Shown here one piece after another: positions 10,849 through 20,688 of a stretch of 64,000 nucleotides of DNA. Positions within the stretch are counted from its first letter, which is position 1, and every line of letters starts with the position of its first letter. Origin of the DNA: Wickerhamiella versatilis (Eukaryota). Location: NCBI GenBank assembly GCA_030867685.1, contig JAQOWU010000003.1, forward strand, positions 1,178,001 through 1,242,000. Reading direction: 5' to 3'. The notes below the pieces were generated by a model, which searched no databases, was not told the DNA's origin, and saw only the letters and a list, made by a program, of their open reading frames with translations. The position numbers and the translations under genes are program-made.

Positions 10849-12972
10849 TTATACGCCTAGAACGAAATTATGGAATGCAGCATCTTTTGGACTTAATCTG
10901 TCCGCAGGGTCCCACTTAAGACAGTCGACACAGAATTCGGCTGCAGCAGATGGTAAAATATCATTAAACGACTTCGAGCCGGGGGCACGTCTAATTTTAC
11001 CACTTGGATTTTGGTACCTGAGCAGTCGGCAATATGGATCAAAGAAGGAAGTGGCCCTCGTGCAACGCCGCAAGACCTCGCGACTGGGGGTACCCAAATA
11101 TTCACAAATCAATGCAACCTGGTCCGCCTCATTCTCACTAGGGAAAATAGGTCTCCCTAGTAAAAGTTCAGGAACAAGGCAGCCCAGGCTCCAGATGTCA
11201 ATCGCCGTTCCGTATTGCATTCCCATTAAAATTTCTGGAGCGCGGTAAAACCGCGATTGTATGTACGTGTAAATTCTGCGGTCTGCATAACAGCCAGACC
11301 CGAAATCTATTATTTTCACTTGGCAATTCTCAATGTCACTGACCAGCACGTTTTCAGGCTTCAAGTCGCAGTGTATTATATTCTGTTTGTCAAGAAATTC
11401 AAGGCCCTCACATAACTGTCGAGTAATGTAGCTCACGCTCGAAAGCTCTAGTCCACGATATCGGTTACGTTTCAGGAGGTCATAAAGGCTGGGTCCCAGC
11501 ATTTCACTGATAATACATAGATGGTGCCGAAATGCCACGGAGTCAATTAAGCGCACAAAATGGCTAGCATCTGGTGATCCAGCGAGGACAAGATCTCTCA
11601 TCAGTCCTGTCTCAATCTGTGCCTGAGCACGAAGTTCCGACTTTTTGGCAATGACTTTTACCGCGACCATTCTCCCTGTCTTATGATCACGGCATTTCAG
11701 CACAGTACCGAAACTACCCTTCCCCAGTGCACCTTTAATGCTGTAGCGAAAGGCTATATGATCGCCAGGGCGCCACAAGAAGTTGCCATCCTGGTCACTG
11801 AACACCCGAAAAGCATCATCAGCACTACCTGTTATATATATACCGCGCCCCAGAAAATGTTTGGCCTCAGACATCTCATTAGGATCCATGTCACGCAAAT
11901 CCATTCTCCTTCGCACCTCATTACTATTGGTATCCACCAGCGGGCCGTCTGACTTCAGAAGCTTGTGCAAAGCACTTTGGACCGAGGGCAATGGCTTGCG
12001 ACGCGGAACATGCTCAATCCAATTATCAGGTACCTGGTCAGTGGAGACTACAGTGGCCACGCTTCTCTCGCTGGACCTGCTAGCCGCCCGAGATGTACCT
12101 CGAGAGGCAGACTCACTGCCTGGTCGTGAGCCTAGTTTTGAGGCTCCCCGCAATGCACTCCACAACCGGCGTGTTGCTGCACTCAAGCTTCGAGGACTTG
12201 GACTACGGTCCCTATTACCAAAAACAGATTCCGCTGCAGGTAGAGGTGGAGGCATGTCAAATGCAACCCCTGATAACGCTGGTGGCTTCGGTAACTCCGG
12301 TAATGCTTGGGGATCCAAGGGAGGCGGCTTGGGTGCCTTTGGAAGAACATGAACGTTTGGAACACTCTGTGAATGCGGTAAATTCGTATGTGTGTCAACA
12401 TGAAGTTTTCGCATACGGCTTGTGGCTCCCCTAACGGTCTGATCCACATTTTTGCTTGGTGAGATACGCTTTTGATCTCTTGAAGAATTGCGTGCTGATG
12501 CTTCGATATTAGTGGCTTTTTTTTGCCGTGGAATGCGTGATGTGTCTACCGGATACTGAGGTGTCATCCTCGATAGGTTTCTGGGGGCACCAGGGTGTGT
12601 ACCAAGCTCTCGAGCAGCTCCAGTAGGAGCCGTAGAAGTTCGGACAGGCCTTTTCGGTAGATAATCGGCCTGTCCGACTGTAGATGTCGGCGTCTCCTGA
12701 CGAGATTCCACCGTTTTTTCTGGCATATCATCTCGTGGAATACGCGTTGACAACTTTGAAGGGCGTGTCGGCTTCGCCAAGAATCGTCTAAGAGACGGCT
12801 GGTATGCAGCCGTGTCTGTTGACACGCGTCTCGGAGGTTTCAACTCAATCTCATCTTGCTCGACTGGTGCCGGCTCTCTACGGTGCAGACTCTGCAAGTT
12901 GAAAAGGGACCGCTCTGTCTTTAGAGGGATTGCAGATTGCGGTGCCGCTCTTCCCGAGCCGTCACGCGGCAT
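10849..12972 (-). CDS. DYRK-family dual-specificity kinase (class 2/Pom1-like)
   Basis: GDHIAFRY DH-box region, GKGSFG, HCDLKPEN, DFGSGC and YTYIQSRFYRAPE activation loop, with a long disordered N-terminus. Confidence 0.88.
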   Translation of the reverse strand: MPRDGSGRAAPQSAIPLKTERSLFNLQSLHRREPAPVEQDEIELKPPRRVSTDTAAYQPSLRRFLAKPTRPSKLSTRIPRDDMPEKTVESRQETPTSTVGQADYLPKRPVRTSTAPTGAARELGTHPGAPRNLSRMTPQYPVDTSRIPRQKKATNIEASARNSSRDQKRISPSKNVDQTVRGATSRMRKLHVDTHTNLPHSQSVPNVHVLPKAPKPPPLDPQALPELPKPPALSGVAFDMPPPLPAAESVFGNRDRSPSPRSLSAATRRLWSALRGASKLGSRPGSESASRGTSRAASRSSERSVATVVSTDQVPDNWIEHVPRRKPLPSVQSALHKLLKSDGPLVDTNSNEVRRRMDLRDMDPNEMSEAKHFLGRGIYITGSADDAFRVFSDQDGNFLWRPGDHIAFRYSIKGALGKGSFGTVLKCRDHKTGRMVAVKVIAKKSELRAQAQIETGLMRDLVLAGSPDASHFVRLIDSVAFRHHLCIISEMLGPSLYDLLKRNRYRGLELSSVSYITRQLCEGLEFLDKQNIIHCDLKPENVLVSDIENCQVKIIDFGSGCYADRRIYTYIQSRFYRAPEILMGMQYGTAIDIWSLGCLVPELLLGRPIFPSENEADQVALICEYLGTPSREVLRRCTRATSFFDPYCRLLRYQNPSGKIRRAPGSKSFNDILPSAAAEFCVDCLKWDPADRLSPKDAAFHNFVLGV

Positions 12973-13159
12973 TCTGATCCCCCTTTGTTATGAAAGTAAG
13001 CGGGAATACGATTATGTTGTTTTACCCTCCGACAAAACTTGCTGCTATAATCTCACTGTAAAAGAGAGGTTCGACTCTGTCGGCAGCCTTCACTAATATG
13101 GAACTTAGTGCTATATATATATATAAGAATCTACTGCATACCACCTGCCTAACTAGATC

Positions 13160-13549
13160 ATGTTTACTACTAGCTTACCTATTAATTCACATCCCACGAG
13201 ACCTATGGTTGATGTAGCGCTTTTATATCGGCTACTCCTCGTACAAACTACTTACGAAAAAAAAGAGAAGTTTGATGGCGTAGCAGGTATCCTTAACTCT
13301 CATCCGTTGCTACGAGACTCCGGCACAGAGCCTATATCTGATGAACGGGCCAGAGAAATTTATCATGACTTGCTAAAGGAGTATAATATTGAAGCAGAGG
13401 GTGAAAATACCAAAACACACGTGCCTATGAGATGTGAAATACTTGCGCAACGACTCTATCAGCAGTATTCACAACAATTGCTTGACGACTTAGAAAATGA
13501 AAAACCTGAATTTGCAGAAGCATATAAAGCAGTTGAGAAATACATATAG
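13160..13549 (+). CDS. Small helical protein, possibly related to the N-terminal domain of BRD8/Bdc1-type chromatin proteins
   Basis: Pattern LLLVQ..Y....FD.VA..L..HPLL......IY..LL...LAQRLY..Y...L. True start may be ATG 13205. Confidence 0.45.
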   Translation: MFTTSLPINSHPTRPMVDVALLYRLLLVQTTYEKKEKFDGVAGILNSHPLLRDSGTEPISDERAREIYHDLLKEYNIEAEGENTKTHVPMRCEILAQRLYQQYSQQLLDDLENEKPEFAEAYKAVEKYI

Positions 13550-13857
13550 TCTCTTTCCACATGCCTTCGTGCATTTTCTATTGTTTAGGAGCTCTTACTG
13601 CTCATATTATTTATTGGCATGATGTAGGTAAATGTCTTAATCTTAACTCGACTGTTACTTAGTTAACAAATGCATATTTGCTTTAATTTCCTGAAGATGC
13701 TTGAGAAAAGAATGCATCATGACCCTGATGTGGTAAGTAACGCCGCCATTTTGTAAATTATTACCCAGAGAGGCAAACTGACAATCGAGCATTTCCATAA
13801 CGAGATATTGATGATACTCATATAATTTGGCCCGGGAAACTTGGCACCTAGCCAGTA

Positions 13858-14748
13858 ATGTATACTTTCTTGAGTCTATTCGTACTCTCAAGCAGAGCCT
13901 GGGCAAGTGTGAAGCCGGTTGATTGTGATCCAACCCAACTCCAGTCTTGTCTAGACGAATTTCATTCAAGTTTCTTGGCCTGCAACGGAAAAAATGACTG
14001 CGAGTGTAACCTGGTGCACAATAGTGGTGCCTCTTGCTTTGAAAGTTGTCCAAATGAAGCCCGAGTAGAGTTTGTAGCGACTTTTGCGAATGGGCAGTGT
14101 GCGAACTTTAATTCATCCACACCGACGGGAAGTTCCAATACGACACGGATATCTCCTAGTGTGAGTCCTCATCCTGAGTCGGATGATTCTGCAATGACTA
14201 TCACCCGCACCCAGGGGTGGAAGGCACACATCAAGAAACTATTGGGACGTCAAAAGTCTGTCGAAGCAGAAAAGGAAAAAAGGGACTTGAAACTACACCA
14301 CGCATTGGCTTCTCGGTCCGAAGCTGCAAATGAAGAGGTTTCACCTTCTATTTCGACCTCTACCCTGTCCAACGATACATCAAATACAACATCGCAGGCT
14401 ACCAGCACACTTACCCACCGTCCTACGACAACATCAACGGCCCTATCTCCAGAGGAATATCACTCACGCATTCAAAAGCAGCGCTACAAAGAAAATCTGC
14501 GTCGCATTCGATCTATACAAGCCAGGTCGTCGTCAATGGGTGCGCAGGCTGTAGCACAGCCCACAACGGCGGAGTACGAAACACTTGAGGCTGAAGAAAC
14601 TAGGGAAGTTATTTCCAATGTTGCTGATTCTAGGGTGAAAGCACAGAAAGAGTCCCAAAAAGAAAAGTCATCCGGAACGAGACCTACTGTCACATACGCT
14701 GTGCTCGTGCCAGTGATCATCGGAGCATTTTTTCTGTTTGGCTACTAG
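13858..14748 (+). CDS. Secreted/GPI- or TM-anchored cell-surface protein with Cys-rich N-terminal domain
   Basis: Hydrophobic signal peptide, 8-Cys domain, Ser/Thr-rich stalk, KR dibasic site and a hydrophobic C-terminal tail (VLVPVIIGAFFLF). Confidence 0.7.
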   Translation: MYTFLSLFVLSSRAWASVKPVDCDPTQLQSCLDEFHSSFLACNGKNDCECNLVHNSGASCFESCPNEARVEFVATFANGQCANFNSSTPTGSSNTTRISPSVSPHPESDDSAMTITRTQGWKAHIKKLLGRQKSVEAEKEKRDLKLHHALASRSEAANEEVSPSISTSTLSNDTSNTTSQATSTLTHRPTTTSTALSPEEYHSRIQKQRYKENLRRIRSIQARSSSMGAQAVAQPTTAEYETLEAEETREVISNVADSRVKAQKESQKEKSSGTRPTVTYAVLVPVIIGAFFLFGY

Positions 14749-14793
14749 TTGTTAATCTTTCACCTAGAACTCTCCAGAAAAATTATATAAGTA

Positions 14794-15801
14794 CTAATAT
14801 TTAAGTGTGAGCTTGATAGCGTCCTCTAGAGTCCACTTTGGAGTATATCCAAGGGCTTCTTTAGCACGAGATATGTCGTAGTAACGTGTAGCACATGCAG
14901 TACGTACGCGGAAAGCAGTAAACGTAGGATCTTTACCGAGAAGTTTCGAAGCGTATTGTGACATGTAGCCCAGACCCACCGCTAGCAGTTTAGGAATGAC
15001 AAGTCGAGGAGTCACTTCATAGCCATCATGTCTCCAAATCGCTTTGGCAAAAGACCAGAAATAGATCGGAGAATCATTAGTGATGAAGAACTTCTTCCCG
15101 GAAATGGGCTCTGGATCCTTCAACAGTTTTTCAGCGGCTAGTACATGAGCATAAGCGACGTTTCCTGCATACGTCACATCGAAAAGATTAAGATTCGAGC
15201 CCAATTGAACCCTTTGTTGTCCTCTCTGTGCCGCCAAACGCAATCCTGGGATCATCTGTCGATCCCCTGGTCCAAATATTCCGGCTGGTCGCAAAGCCGT
15301 GGTCCTAAATCTGTCGTTATTCATGCTGAGCACCAGTTCCTCGCCACTGGCTTTTGTATCATTATAAGCATCCATAGGGTTTTTTGGAATTCGGCAGTCC
15401 TCATTTACACCATACAAGTCACTCCCATCAAATACAACGCCAGCACTGGATGTATAGACGAAAGCTCCAACATTATAACTCTCGCAGCAGTCTAGTAAAT
15501 TAGCGGTTCCGTCAACATTGATCTTCCGATAGATATCAGCACCTTTACCGTGTACTGGGCTCGCAGAGTGAACCACCACATCAGGTTTAGACTTTTCGAG
15601 GGCAGCACTTACATCCTCCTCACTAGTCAGGTCACCAGTATGTTGCGGAATTTTTTCAAAATCGAAGCCCCAGGGTCCCTTCACATCTGTAGGCATAGGT
15701 CTTAGATCGAACACGTGAACGTTCCACCCAGCCTCATGAAATTCATTTACAAGGTGGAGACCCAGAAATCCTGCCCCACCGACTAGAAGAACAGTTGGCA
15801 T
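14794..15801 (-). CDS. ERG26: Sterol-4-alpha-carboxylate 3-dehydrogenase (C-3 sterol dehydrogenase)
   Basis: GGAGFLG, VVHSASP, YTSSAGVVF, YNDTK catalytic motif, LRPAGIFGPGDRQ. Confidence 0.95.
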   Translation of the reverse strand: MPTVLLVGGAGFLGLHLVNEFHEAGWNVHVFDLRPMPTDVKGPWGFDFEKIPQHTGDLTSEEDVSAALEKSKPDVVVHSASPVHGKGADIYRKINVDGTANLLDCCESYNVGAFVYTSSAGVVFDGSDLYGVNEDCRIPKNPMDAYNDTKASGEELVLSMNNDRFRTTALRPAGIFGPGDRQMIPGLRLAAQRGQQRVQLGSNLNLFDVTYAGNVAYAHVLAAEKLLKDPEPISGKKFFITNDSPIYFWSFAKAIWRHDGYEVTPRLVIPKLLAVGLGYMSQYASKLLGKDPTFTAFRVRTACATRYYDISRAKEALGYTPKWTLEDAIKLTLKY

Positions 15802-16013
15802 TGGTTGCTTAGCTCAGCTGTCCCTAATTCGCTTCTATCGGAAATTTACGCGACCTGATGGTAAAATATTTAGCAAAAAAAACTTCTCGCAAAAAAAGGG
15901 AAAATAAAGTACTATAGAGTTTCATTAAATTTATCAAGAACGATCTAGCAATTTCTTAGCGAATATTATGGGCAACCCTAAATCCAAGATTCAAGATCAC
16001 CTTTTTATGACAT

Positions 16014-17480
16014 CTAAAATGTGAAGCTGGATTTAGCCGATTCCACGAAGTTCTGCTCCTCGTGAGAAAGGTGGCTCGGTGTTGCTTCTTTTGCAGGCAA
16101 TTCAAAGGCAAAATCGTTCATTAGCTGCTCCTCTTCCTTTCTTTCCTTGTCACCACTGCTCTTCGATTCATGCATTTCGGTATCAGCATCGGTAGACTCT
16201 GCCGACGGAGCCTTAGTGGCCTTAAACTGAAATGCAGGCTGGGGTGTCACATTCTTGTTTTCTGTGGACGGGAGACTACTGAAGTTAAACTTGGATCCTG
16301 CTTCAAGCGAACCTCTCAAAGCAGAGGCTGCGGAAGATGTAGTAGCAGTAGTAGTAGGTTTATCCTTCGGGGGCTTTGTCAATATCGATGATGTAGGCTG
16401 CTTTGCAGAAGACACATCAAAAGAAGGATACTTCACACCCACCTCATCATTAGCCTTCCCTGTCATTGCGGGAGTCGAGGAAAATATTGTTGACTGCTTA
16501 GCCGGCGTTGAAGCATCGGTCGGCTGTGGGAAATTATCCTTTGGCATTCCTGTGAACGAAGACTTTGTGTCAAATAAAGATTTGGTGGCAGGCTTGAACA
16601 GCTCTGATGGTTTCTGAGAATCAGTAGAAGGTGAGTTTGCAGAGCTAATGGACTCCCGTAATTTGCTGGGACGAGATGGGACATGCTTCTGATGCTTCTG
16701 GCCGTCTCCATTAATGACAGACATCAAAGCTGAGGCACTTTGAGACTTAGAGACATTTCCCGCAGTCTTAGCGGTAGTAGTGGTAGATGACTCTGTAATT
16801 GGGTTACGTCTGTAAGGATGCATATTTTTTTGAAGACGAGGACCAGATGCAAGACCTCGGCGCCGGCTCGCCCAAGGAGACGATCCGTTCGTAGGGCGCT
16901 TCAAAGATCGTGTTGATAAATCTGAATACGAGTCGCCAAATGAAACTGTGGAAGAGCGAAATATTGAATTTTGAGGTGTCTCGTCACGTCGTGGCAAAGG
17001 TGTTGATGCAGTAACATCTGGTGTTACATCTAGAGAAGATGCATTTGTCGAGTCAAGGTGCATAGAACTGAAGTCGACAAGGCTTCTATTTTGAGAAACG
17101 GCTTGGCCTATGAGACTTAAAACGCCAACCACTTCCATCTGAGATAACCTCTCGTCGCCCTTCTTTTCAAAAAAATCTCGTAGCGTATCATTAGGATCAG
17201 CAACCCAGCTTGAATGCTCTGCCGAGGCCGAGACTGGTTGCTCCTCATTCTTTTCAACTGATTCACTTGGCTTTTCACTGTCGGTCACTCTAGAATCATC
17301 CACATCCACCACGTCATTTTTCTGCTCAGCCGGTTCTTGGGACTTTCCTCCAAAGAGGAAGCTTCTGATGCGTGAGAATATGCTCCGATTAGGCTCCACC
17401 TTCGGTTTTGGTCGCGCATATGGGACTACAGGGATCTTTACCGGCTGGCGTCTCGCCGGGCCAGGTCTGCCAGGCTCCAT
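16014..17480 (-). CDS. NUP60: Nuclear basket nucleoporin Nup60-like
   Basis: N-terminal basic segment plus amphipathic helix (SIFSRIRSFLFG), helical region PN..L..FF.KKGD..LS..E..GVLSLI, FxF motifs and a C-terminal FTF. Confidence 0.7.
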   Translation of the reverse strand: MEPGRPGPARRQPVKIPVVPYARPKPKVEPNRSIFSRIRSFLFGGKSQEPAEQKNDVVDVDDSRVTDSEKPSESVEKNEEQPVSASAEHSSWVADPNDTLRDFFEKKGDERLSQMEVVGVLSLIGQAVSQNRSLVDFSSMHLDSTNASSLDVTPDVTASTPLPRRDETPQNSIFRSSTVSFGDSYSDLSTRSLKRPTNGSSPWASRRRGLASGPRLQKNMHPYRRNPITESSTTTTAKTAGNVSKSQSASALMSVINGDGQKHQKHVPSRPSKLRESISSANSPSTDSQKPSELFKPATKSLFDTKSSFTGMPKDNFPQPTDASTPAKQSTIFSSTPAMTGKANDEVGVKYPSFDVSSAKQPTSSILTKPPKDKPTTTATTSSAASALRGSLEAGSKFNFSSLPSTENKNVTPQPAFQFKATKAPSAESTDADTEMHESKSSGDKERKEEEQLMNDFAFELPAKEATPSHLSHEEQNFVESAKSSFTF

Positions 17481-17617
17481 GCCGCTGCTAGAATTGGATG
17501 ACTAACGTACTTGTCTAAAGCTCTCTGCCTATCGCATCTTTTTGGCACCATGGCCAACAAAATAAATTCTATAATCTTTTTCTTCTGTATATTATACCAT
17601 AAATAACTCTTTAAAGC

Positions 17618-18373
17618 CTAGCCACGAAAATCCCGGTAAACTAAAAATACTGTAGCAACTAAAGAGCCGAAGAGCAAAGTGAAAAAAAAGTTATCAGGTA
17701 GATGCATAGAGGGCTCTGGTGCGTCATGCCCTTTGTTTTTCCGATCAATGAGGGGAGCGATTATTGGAACAACGTTCTCGGGGTTATGTTGTTTCCATTT
17801 TAAGCGTCTTTGATCAAGCTTAACGCTACGAAGTATTGGACGCTGCTGCTGATATGTAGAGGTATAAACCACGGTAACATAGGGGCTTGGAGCAGCACCA
17901 AGAATGCTTCTTATGGCACTGTCCTTAGAAAATTTCCCGATGTTTTCCAAGTCGGCATAAACAACTCTAGGGCGGGTGTCTATCCAATGCTTAACCGGTC
18001 TTTCCTCATCAAAGTTTGCCACTAGCAGTTCCGCATCACAATAATCCTCTAAGTCTTTAGCAAGATCAAAAGTATCAAGTACATTATCGGTGAGGAGTGA
18101 TCCGATTGTGAGCGAGTTTTCTGCCAGACGCTTCAGATAATTTAGTTCAGAGATGTCAAAAGGCGAAGGGTCACGGATTAATACGAATGCATCTGCCTTG
18201 CAACCCCTCAGCCAGTCCTCCAGAGCTTTATCAGCTTCTTCCAAAGATAGAACTTGGGTCTCGATTCGTTTCGCCCCTACGTCCTCGAAACTACCAAAAA
18301 AAAGTGGATAGCCCCGGGATTCCGCGTCAAGAGCCAGGACATAGCATAATAGAGTGAGTGCCACGACTAGCAT
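17618..18373 (-). CDS. BIG1: BIG1-like ER membrane protein
   Basis: Signal peptide from ATG 18373, C..DAF.....P, YC, IDTRPRV and PSPY.TVVYTS motifs, single C-terminal TM helix. Confidence 0.6.
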   Translation of the reverse strand: MLVVALTLLCYVLALDAESRGYPLFFGSFEDVGAKRIETQVLSLEEADKALEDWLRGCKADAFVLIRDPSPFDISELNYLKRLAENSLTIGSLLTDNVLDTFDLAKDLEDYCDAELLVANFDEERPVKHWIDTRPRVVYADLENIGKFSKDSAIRSILGAAPSPYVTVVYTSTYQQQRPILRSVKLDQRRLKWKQHNPENVVPIIAPLIDRKNKGHDAPEPSMHLPDNFFFTLLFGSLVATVFLVYRDFRG

Positions 18374-18479
18374 ATAAAGCACAGGAATACAAGATGACAA
18401 AGGATGCACTTCTGAATTACATTAATATATTTATATTTATATTTCGATTAGGGCTATACCAGCATAAATAAATAACCGC

Positions 18480-19472
18480 TCATAGCAGGAAGCAGTCTAG
18501 GCAATCTCCATCTTCCATGTCAAGAGAAGCAACAGTGTCATTAAGGTCTACAGGCTCATGATCGAACTCCAGGCGTACTTGTTTGGTTAATGGAAAGTTT
18601 AGTTTTTCCAAGAAGTAGCTAGCGATTCTGTGCATTTTCGTATCCGATTTGACACCAACCTCGACGGGATGGCGCGCCTGAGAGATGATCTTGATTGTCA
18701 AGTTTTCCTCTTCAGTAGCAAGTCTATCCTCAGCATCCACATCAGAGCCAGCATCAGAGCTGGCATAATTATTCATGCTTTTCTCCTGGATCTCCTGAAG
18801 CTGAGCTGAGGACATCACTTTAATCGTTATGTCCGACTTTCCCGGTGCGAGAACTTCGGGTTTTGCGAATGAATATACACGCATATCCTCGTGAACGAAT
18901 ACATAATCGTCCAATTCGGGCTCGAATATTTCATCCAATGGTCTCAATGACCGATCACTGCGTAGTTCAAGGTAGCCGCTGACCTCGTGGCCTGGTATTA
19001 TACAGACGTAATGCAGGGAAACTAGGCTCGGGAGTGTCTGTTCCTGTAATTTCTTACTGTCGGTACCTTGGACCTCGGAAGCTGGTTCTGGATCTAAATC
19101 CGAATCGGAATCTACAAGGTCAATAATTTCAGGGCTTCCGCTCGGAGTTTTTTGCTTCGAGTTCGATACGTCTGACGACTCAGATGGTACTGAAGGCCCT
19201 ATTCGTTCAGGTGAAAGTAGCTCTACATCATCAATCTTCTCCAAGCGTATATGTTTATGTGCTGGTGATTGAGGACTCTCAGTCTGCAAAGGTGGAGTTG
19301 TTGTTGGTGTCCTACTGTTTACCAAGTCTTCCTTGGAGGAAACATGATCCGGGTGTCGTAGCTCATCCTCCGCAAGATTTATTAATTTATTAGTTCCTGT
19401 GGATTGGTTGAAAAAATCACGATCAAACTGCAGCTTGGATTCATCGACACGAACACGCTTTAGCTTTCCCAT
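18480..19472 (-). CDS. ESC2: SUMO-like domain protein, Esc2/Rad60 family
   Basis: SIM-like EIIDLVDSD and a C-terminal SUMO-like domain ending RLEFDHE..DLNDTVASLDMEDGDCLD. Start taken at ATG 19472. Confidence 0.7.
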   Translation of the reverse strand: MGKLKRVRVDESKLQFDRDFFNQSTGTNKLINLAEDELRHPDHVSSKEDLVNSRTPTTTPPLQTESPQSPAHKHIRLEKIDDVELLSPERIGPSVPSESSDVSNSKQKTPSGSPEIIDLVDSDSDLDPEPASEVQGTDSKKLQEQTLPSLVSLHYVCIIPGHEVSGYLELRSDRSLRPLDEIFEPELDDYVFVHEDMRVYSFAKPEVLAPGKSDITIKVMSSAQLQEIQEKSMNNYASSDAGSDVDAEDRLATEEENLTIKIISQARHPVEVGVKSDTKMHRIASYFLEKLNFPLTKQVRLEFDHEPVDLNDTVASLDMEDGDCLDCFLL

Positions 19473-19651
19473 CCTACCCGGCCAAAGCTGAGTTAAGATA
19501 TAACATAATATTTTTCCAGTCTTGGTAGCTGCCAGATGATAATTAACATTCAAACCAAGTATATATATATACGTTACTTACCATTGAATCTAAACTATTT
19601 AGATCTTAAAGAATCGAGATATCTAGACTGCTGTGTCCATTTACTGGCGAC

Positions 19652-20521
19652 TTAAAGTTTTGCACGATAAGATGTCCACTTTATCTTGTTAGTGATAGAT
19701 CCAATCCCTTCAATGGCACACTCGATCTCATCTCCATCCTTAACCCACTTTGGCGGCTTAAATCCCATACCAACTCCTGACGGTGTTCCCATAAATATCA
19801 GATCACCAGGTAGTAAAGTTCCACTCTGGCTTAGGAACGCAATGGCATCCCCGACACTGAATATCATATCACCAGCTAATTCAGATTGTCTTAATTCACC
19901 ATTCACCTTACAAGTAAGACGCTTTTTGGTCACGTCTCCAAGCGTTTCGGGAGAAGCTATACATGGACCGATCGGTGCCCAGCCATCAAACCCTTTGGAA
20001 TAATTCCATTGCCCTCCACCCAGTTTGAGCTGCCATTCACGCTGGCTAAGATCGTCACCAGTGGTATATCCTGCTACGTATTGCAGCGCCTCGGTGGGGG
20101 TCACAGGATGGTCCACCTGTTTTCCAATGACTGCCACAAGCTCGACTTCATAGTCCACCGCTCCAGCTGTTTGAGCTATTGGTGGAACAGTTACGTCTGA
20201 GGTGGGGCCAGTTATGGATGTAACAGGTTTGTGAAAAATGACAGGAAACTTTGGGGGCTTGGCGCCAGATTCTGCGGCATGCTTGAAGAAGTTAAGTCCA
20301 AGACACCTAATTGTACGGATATCTTGCCAATCCAGCGGTGCAAGCAGCTTGATCACCGGCTTTTCGTCAGTTAGACGATAATCACCGAAAGGATTTCCTT
20401 CCAGGACGCGTGCTTTTTTTACTAAATTCACATTAGAACTTGATCCGGCGTCACCATAATATATTTTATTATCAGACGAGAGGAATCTGATCAAGCGCGA
20501 CCATGTGTTTGCTGCCACCAT
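19652..20521 (-). CDS. Fumarylacetoacetate hydrolase-family protein with PTS1
   Basis: CLGLNF..HA.E, FHKP, VDYEVEL, DLSQREWQ, KGFDGWAPIGP and TLLPGDLIFMGTPSGVG; ends -AKL. The fungal-type WSRLIRF N-terminus suggests start ATG 20521. Confidence 0.9.
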   Translation of the reverse strand: MVAANTWSRLIRFLSSDNKIYYGDAGSSSNVNLVKKARVLEGNPFGDYRLTDEKPVIKLLAPLDWQDIRTIRCLGLNFFKHAAESGAKPPKFPVIFHKPVTSITGPTSDVTVPPIAQTAGAVDYEVELVAVIGKQVDHPVTPTEALQYVAGYTTGDDLSQREWQLKLGGGQWNYSKGFDGWAPIGPCIASPETLGDVTKKRLTCKVNGELRQSELAGDMIFSVGDAIAFLSQSGTLLPGDLIFMGTPSGVGMGFKPPKWVKDGDEIECAIEGIGSITNKIKWTSYRAKL

Positions 20522-20688
20522 ACTATTTTGCTTACTGTATCGTATCTCTTCCATGACGTCGTGCCGAACCGATTCGGCCGAGCGGTATCCGACCTGTTTC
20601 TCCGCATTTTTTTGTAAATAACTATTTTTTTTATATTTTTGACAATGAAATAAACTAATATCGATATTGCCCACTTAATTCTATAGGT

